This document shows, piece after piece, positions 7,700-13,564 of a DNA stretch of 13,564 nt (within the stretch, counting starts at the first letter, position 1; each line of letters begins with the position of its first letter). The translations under genes were made by a program, and so were the position numbers. The notes beneath the pieces are model-generated. The model saw only the letters and a program-made list of their open reading frames with translations. It searched no databases and was not told where the DNA came from. The DNA is from Octopus sinensis (lineage: Eukaryota), in NCBI RefSeq assembly GCF_006345805.1, contig NW_021826126.1, positions 1 to 13,564 of the forward strand, read 5' to 3'.

Positions 7700-9430
7700 C
7701 TATAGTTTCAGCAAGAGGTTGTGGCCAATGCAGGAGCATTGACATTTACTCTAATGTTTGGTTATTGAAGATTTGATGAGCTGCCCTCTTTGAATTTCTT
7801 GCCGTGGTATGTGTTCATCTAGCAAATCAGATAAAAGTTTGTTCAATTGTTGTATGAGCACATCCACAACTACACCTGATAGATCCCCGAGGTCTTTTGA
7901 CCATATATTGAGAAATTGTGGGCCTTTGAACTCTAAACTGTTGCAGTATTGGGTTTTTACTCTGGATGGAGATGACGGGATCTTTGGAACTATGTAATGA
8001 TGTCCATACTAGTAATTGGTGTACTTTTCAATCTCAAAGTTGGTTGCTAAACCTTCCAGGATCTTCCATATATATATTACTGCATGTTTTCTACATCTTC
8101 TTTCCAGGGAATAGAGGCTAAGCTCTTTTAGGCTCTCCTTGTAGTCCTTCTGTTACACTAAGGCAGTCTTCTTGGTATAGTGGCAATAGATAACCTTTAG
8201 TTCTGTTAATATGATGCTTTGTGATCATAACTTGGAAGGGTATCTAGGCAACTGGGCACAAATGTTCTCCATACAAGCAATCCGATTTCCTTTTTCCATG
8301 TACTGAATGATCTCAGAATCTAACCAGTCCATGTACATTACTGTCATCTTAGTAATACGCACACAGACTTATGCATGCATGAACTCTGAAAGTGCGATAC
8401 TCCAGCTCCTATATATTCTGATTGCAGTCTATTTGTGGCCTGATAGCTGAGAGATTGAAACTTGTCAGCATTGAACTCCATATTACTTTCTTTGGCTCAC
8501 TTGTATATTGTGTTCAAATCTTATTGTAGATTTGATGTATCTTCAGGGTCCTTGATTGTTTGTGATACTCTTTTCTATCATCAGCATAGCTGGTGAGAAT
8601 GCCTGACTTTTATGACTGAGGGTAAGGTTTGACAGAGCTACTACAAACTGCAGTGATCCAAGTACTGTTCTCTGAGAAACCCTGCTTAGTATTGATGTTT
8701 CTTCATAGAGAGCATCATTGGATGCTACAGCTTGTCTCCTATCTTTTTGAAAATCTTGCAACCATTCCCCTATTTTACCAATGATACCAAGGTCATGCAG
8801 TTTGTGACATATCGTGGGATTGACTTATTTGAAGCCCTTGGCAAAGCTGAGATATATCACATCCACATTTGAACATCTCAATTGTTCTTTCAGTACCCAG
8901 TTATAGTGCTATAGTAGCTGTGCAAGGCAGCTCTTTCCTGGGCAGAAGCTATGCTGTATGTTAGTGGGAGAGCCATTGTCTTCTAGGAATGTGATCAGCT
9001 TCGTTCTCCAAATGCATTCCATGGCTTTGCTCACATGCTAGGTCAGAGAGGTAGGACTGTAATCTTTAGCATCTGCTGTGATCCCTCCTTTATGGATAGG
9101 ACACAGTTATACCTTTTTTTTTTAGCATTTTGGGAAGTTTGCCTCTTATAAAGAAACTGGAAAATTATCTGCAGTGGTTTTGTGAGTGCTTTCTTGTGTG
9201 TCTTTAAAAAAAACAGCTGGAAAACCACCAGAGCCTGCAGCTGACTTTGAATTCAGTTCATCAGTGACTGATATTACATCTTTTTCTTTTATGCCAATGT
9301 TATCAATAGTTGTCTCTTGCCTGTGTAAATCAGTAGTGTTGAGCTCATCAGGTTTGCTTATTTGGATATTTCCCAGTGGGGGGTGGGGTGAAAACATTTT
9401 GGAATTGCTTATTGATTATTTCACTTGAAA
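7700..9430 (-). pseudogene. CR1-clade LINE, 5'-truncated: RT, C-terminal region and 3' tail
   Basis: Minus strand shows SAAGSGGFPAVFFK, DYSPTSLT*HVSKAME, QHSFCPGKSCLAQLL, NVDVIYLSFAKGF, SRVSQRTVLGSLQF, SYADD (YADD at 8577-8588), NMEFNADKFQ and YCNSLEFKGPQ. Many stops and frameshifts. Confidence 0.92.
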
Positions 9431-9625
9431 AAAGTCTGTTTCCATGTTTTTGTTTTTATGTTTTCATTTCTCATTGTGTTCTACGTTTTTTGGTGTTCTG
9501 TACCCATATATGCATGTATATATACATATAGATGTAGGTATGTATATATATGTGTGTGTGTATATGCATATGTTTTATTTATTATTTTGTTGTTATATAT
9601 ATATGGTCATCTCGTTTTGAATATT
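9430..9625. repeat. Low-complexity T-rich and (TA/TG)n stretch
   Basis: Directly visible. Confidence 0.7.
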
Positions 9626-9629
9626 TATT

Positions 9630-11195
9630 TTTAAACTCTGCATGAGCATCCACATGAATCCAGCTTTTGATTTGCATACCTTCTTGCAAATATGGCAACT
9701 CTGTGATGGGTTTTTGACTAGTTTTGCGAGTGCATTTTCATGTATTCTTATGTGCTTCTTCAGGATCCCAATAGATGTACAAATCTTGTTACAAATTGGA
9801 TGTGTTAGTTTTGACCTTGAAGGGATATTATGTTCCTGTATGAGCCTTGATTTTGTCTCCTGCCATGTAACCATTTGTGACTAACTAATCCAGCTATTGA
9901 TAAGAATTGGTGGTTATTGGGAGCACACACCAATCCGCCTTCAAAATCGCAAGGAAGATGTTCCTGGTTTCAAATAGAATATTGAATTCTGTTCTGTTCA
10001 AATGTTTCACAACCTTTCTTGATTGTACCACACCACTCTTATTGGTTCAATGCAAGCATTTCCCATGCTCAAATGTTTGAGGTTTGCCTTTGTTATGTCT
10101 TTATATTTCAATCAGGATTTCTGTTATAGGCTCTTATTTAGTGTTAGTTCTCCATAAAGTGGGCCCTTGTGTTATCCATACTAACTAAATGACCCATCCA
10201 GTGCATTTGATTCAAAACAATGATTTTTCTTCAATGCTGGGCATATTAGTATTTGCTAGAATAAAAGTGTCTGGGGGTTTTCTGTACCATTTTATCCTTA
10301 GTATGTGTCTTAAACAATTTTGCTGGAATCTTTCAAGTGATGCCATGCGATGACGATAGGTAATCCATGTGTCTGAATCTTAAAGAAGACAGGTTAAAAA
10401 TATTCCTGTAGATAGAATGCTTTGTATTAAGAGTGATTCTTCTGTCCTTCCACACTCATTTTCCAAGAGTGCCAAAAGCAGCAGTTGCTTTCACAATCCT
10501 TTGATGAATTTCAGGATGTAAAAATTCAGTGGATGATATAAAGGGCTCAAGATATGCAAAACTCTCTATGACTTCCACCTGAGTCCCATTTACCCTGATG
10601 CTATACTTGGCATTAGCTTCTCCAAATGCTGGCATGAATATCACTTTAGTTTTGTTAAGACTATCAGTGAGTCCAAACAAAGTGCTAGCTCTTCTAACAT
10701 AGTCTTCTAACAATTGCATGTCTTGTTCTGAATGAGCCAGGAAGTTGACACTGACAGCATATAGCAGTTAATGCAAAATCTTGTCAAAGTCCATAGATTT
10801 GAGTCTCAACTGACTCAGATCAAATAGTTTATCTGAGGTTTGGAACCTTAGATAGACACAAGTGGTACATAAACAACAGCAACAGTGAAATAGATGGGGG
10901 GGGGGAATAGCAGGAGCAAGTACATCTTCTTGCTCCAAACCATTATCAATTGAGACAAGGTCTGATAGGATAACATTAACACGAGCCTTTATATAAAGAT
11001 GAAGTTCATAAATCTTGAAGACAAACTCTGATGGGCATCCTAGGTTTTCTAAGATTATCCACAAATCTTACCTGTTCACCATATCAAAGGTGATATCAAA
11101 GAAAACTTGAAAATAGCCAGTGAGTGCTTGCTACATTTTTCTTGTAATTGATGAGCTGAAAAGATCATGTCTTTTGTGCCTCAACCTCCCCCAAG
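9630..11195 (-). pseudogene. RTE (BovB-like) LINE ORF2 relic with C-terminal C2H2-like motifs
   Basis: Minus strand shows GTKDMIFSAHQLQEKC, LWIILENLGCPSEFV, NGLEQEDVLAP, VYLRFQTSDKLFDL, LLYAVS (degenerate LLYADD), FGLTDSLNKTKVIF, EIHQRIVKATAAFG and CNKICTSIGILKKHIRIH. Confidence 0.9.
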
Positions 11196-11199
11196 GTAT

Positions 11200-11287
11200 A
11201 CATACATACACACACACACCACACACACACACTATATTAATATATATATATATATAATATATATATATAATATATATATATGTCTAT
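11200..11287. repeat. (CA)n/(TA)n microsatellite
   Basis: Directly visible. Confidence 0.95.
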
Positions 11288-11769
11288 AACAAAACACAGG
11301 AAATCGGGAATTTTTTGGTATTATTTATTATTACACATGTTTCATTTGGTAATAGGAATTACAATGTTTTTCTTGTTAGATGGATATCTAGAGAATTGCC
11401 TATTAGAAATCCTTCACACAAGGACATGAAATAATACAAATATTATGCTTGGATGAAACGTTTATATTTAGATAGTAATCAGGAGCAGCACAGACCTGCT
11501 GATGGAAGAAAAGAGACACATTCCATCTTTGCTTCCTTTACTAAGGCTGTATATTTTTATTTAGATTATCATCTAAATATAAATGCTTGATCCAAGAGCA
11601 TTAAATTTGTATTATTTCATGTCTTTGTGTGAATGATTTCTAATTGGAAATCTCTTAAATATCTATTTAATATATAAAACTTTGTAATTGCTATTACCAA
11701 GTAAAACGTAAATAATACCAAAAAACTTTCCAATTTCCTGCTTTGTTTCAGAATAACTTTGCAAAGAAC

Positions 11770-12378
11770 ATCTGACATTATATCCTTGAATTTTTTGTTA
11801 GCCACGATGAGTGTTAGCTTCATCAATTTGAGTGAGAAACAAAGAGATAATCCATGCAGTGGAAACACCCCTCTCACCTGCTTCAAAGGTTGTTCCGTTT
11901 GCAAGGAAGATGATGCCACAATTTTGGGGGATGCAAAAGGCACTTTGTTTATTGTCTTTCTTCAAAAGGGCCACACCATCAACAGTGAGTGAGTACAATG
12001 CCAACTTGCTGAGTCAGTTATGAAGGGCTATCAAGACCAAACACCCAAGAACACTGGTCTTGTTTCATCTGGACAATATTCCAGCATAGTCCCTGGTTTC
12101 AATGGTGGCTATGTGTGACTGTTGCTTTGAACTGGTTGATCATCCACTCTGTTTTTCTGACTTGGCCTCGTCTATCATCTCTTCTCCAACATGAAAAAAA
12201 CTCTTGGCTGGGAACCAGTATTGCAGTGATGATGATGTCATATCTGCTGTTGAAGACATTTTTGAGCTATGAGATGAAAGCTTCTTCACCAACGGAATCC
12301 AAGCATTTGCAACACCAATGGAAGAAGTATGTGGACCACATATGGTCAGCCCATGAACTTTTCAGCCAACAACCATAT
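11770..12378 (+). mobile_element. Mariner (DD34D) transposase relic with 3' terminal inverted repeat
   Basis: With frameshifts: SHDEC (first D, 11806), ETKR*SMQWKHP, FWDAKG, KGHTINSEY, LDNIPA (second D, 12072), FELVDHP..SDLASS/YHLF.NMKK (third D deleted), LQHQWKKYVD. It ends GAACTTTTCAGCCAACAACCATA, resembling a mariner TIR. Confidence 0.9.
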
Positions 12379-12464
12379 ATATGATGGTTGCCTGTTCACT
12401 TCAAAGGTTGATCACCTCAGTGTACATAATGCTCAATTCTGGCATGTGATCTTATGTATACATA

Positions 12465-12506
12465 CATCATCATCATTGTCATTTACTGTCCACTTTCCAT
12501 GCTGGT
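12465..12506 (-). mobile_element. Very short RTE-type 3' tail remnant
   Basis: CATCATCATCATTGTCATTTACTGTCCACTTTCCATGCTGG resembles 2455-2486 ATCATTATATAATGTCTGCTTTCCATGCTAG. Confidence 0.5.
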
Positions 12507-12610
12507 GCATATGTATATATATATAGATAGATAGATATAGATACACACACATATATATGCATGTATACTTACATATATACATACATAAATATTTATATAT
12601 AACTATATAC
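12507..12610. repeat. (TA)/(GATA)/(CA) microsatellite
   Basis: Directly visible. Confidence 0.9.
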
Positions 12611-12877
12611 AGGCCAGGTGTCAAAAGCATAATGATATCTGTTTGACAGTTGATGATGTGAATGTATATTTGATATGTTTGTTTGTGAATTTTTTTGTCT
12701 TAGGGCTTCATTATTCTAAGTTGACCTTCATTGTCATAAAGTTGAATATGGTTGTGGATTCATGGTATATCGTGATTACTTATATTTGATATTAGCTGAT
12801 TTACTCATTTACTTCTTGGATACTCTTATTAGGCTTGGCTAACACTTAGATAATGCTTTCTAGTTTGGGTAGGTTCT

Positions 12878-12920
12878 GTGGTGTGTGTATGTGTGTGTGT
12901 GTGTGTCTGTCTGTGTATGT
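12878..12920. repeat. (TG)n microsatellite
   Basis: Directly visible. Confidence 0.9.
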
Positions 12921-13055
12921 AAAGAAAGATTTTTTTGTAAAGGAAAGTATTTAAAAAATATTTTTTTGAAGCCGAATGACACAAACCTTTTGGAAACACC
13001 TGTGCTAATCTGTATAGAGGAAGATATTTTCTAGTAATGATTTATGTATGTATAC

Positions 13056-13456
13056 TCTTTTACTCTTTTTACTCTTTTATTTGTTTCAGTCATTTGACTG
13101 CGGCCATGCTGGAGCACCGCCTTTTTTTAGTCGGGCAAATCGACCTCAGGACTTATTCTTTGAAAGCCTAGTACTTATTCTATCGGTCTCTTCTGCCGAA
13201 CCGCTAGGTTACGGGGACGTAAACACACCAGTATCAGTTGTCAAGCGATGTTGGGGGGACAAACACAGACACACAAACATATATACATATATACAATGGG
13301 CTTCTTTCAGTTTCCGTCTACCAAATCCACTCACAAGGCTTTGGTTGTCCCGAGGCTATAGTAGAAGACACTTGCCCAAGGTGCCACGCAGTGGGACTGA
13401 ACCCGGGACCATGTGGTTGGTAAGCAAGCTACTTACCACACAGCCACTCCTACACC
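13056..13456 (-). mobile_element. Full-length tRNA-derived SINE (octopus OR/OK-type; family not verified)
   Basis: A box TGGCTGTGTGG (13436-13446), B box GGTTCAGTCCC (13393-13403), CORE-like CCTTGGGCAAGT (13370-13381) and an (AAAAGAGT)n tail. TGTATAC flanks both sides (13049-13055, 13457-13463) as a candidate TSD. Confidence 0.93.
13393..13446 (-). promoter_or_regulatory. Internal RNA polymerase III promoter (A and B boxes) of the SINE
   Basis: TGGCTGTGTGG and GGTTCAGTCCC, 32 nt apart, tRNA-like spacing. Confidence 0.7.
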
Positions 13457-13564
13457 TGTATACACATGTATTTTAGTAATACATGAATAAAAGATAGTGC
13501 GATGGTGTGGATATATTTGAAAAGATGCCCATTTGTCATATAGAATGGCTGTTTCCTTAACCTT

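Noticed and set aside
11290-11760. Unique-looking segment with candidate small exon near 11471-11545 and ORF 11617-11943
   Set aside because: No canonical donor and no recognisable protein motif; the ORF is partly the antisense of the mariner relic. RNA-seq would be needed to exclude an exon.
11770-12378. Domesticated or active mariner transposase
   Set aside because: Multiple stops and frameshifts, third catalytic Asp deleted, 5' half absent.
12695-12770. Possible exon after TTTTTTGTCTTAG
   Set aside because: Weak donor, unremarkable translation, no support.
13380-13456. tRNA gene
   Set aside because: A and B boxes belong to a SINE head continuing into SINE body; I cannot fold a full cloverleaf. 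Same for 288-373.

Overview
Non-coding, repeat-saturated eukaryotic DNA with no intact host gene. The SINE families and extreme (TA/CA)n content suggest an octopus or other coleoid cephalopod genome; this is recognition from memory, not a database result. The window contains two decayed CR1-type LINE RT fragments, two RTE-type LINE relics plus a short RTE tail, four tRNA-derived SINE copies (two with target-site duplications), two dead Tc1/mariner-superfamily relics, a probable Helitron/HINE-type element and a small inverted-repeat element. A ~4.4 kb (TA)n-based minisatellite (1055-5440) has acted as a landing pad for several insertions. The most interesting signals lie in that nest: three unrelated Penelope/retrozyme-like inserts each carrying a minimal hammerhead-ribozyme-like motif with a different core variant, one of them an 834-nt monomer with terminal redundancy, and a five-unit constant-stem/variable-loop array in an RTE 3' UTR. 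All long Ile/Tyr-rich ORFs in the track are microsatellite artefacts.
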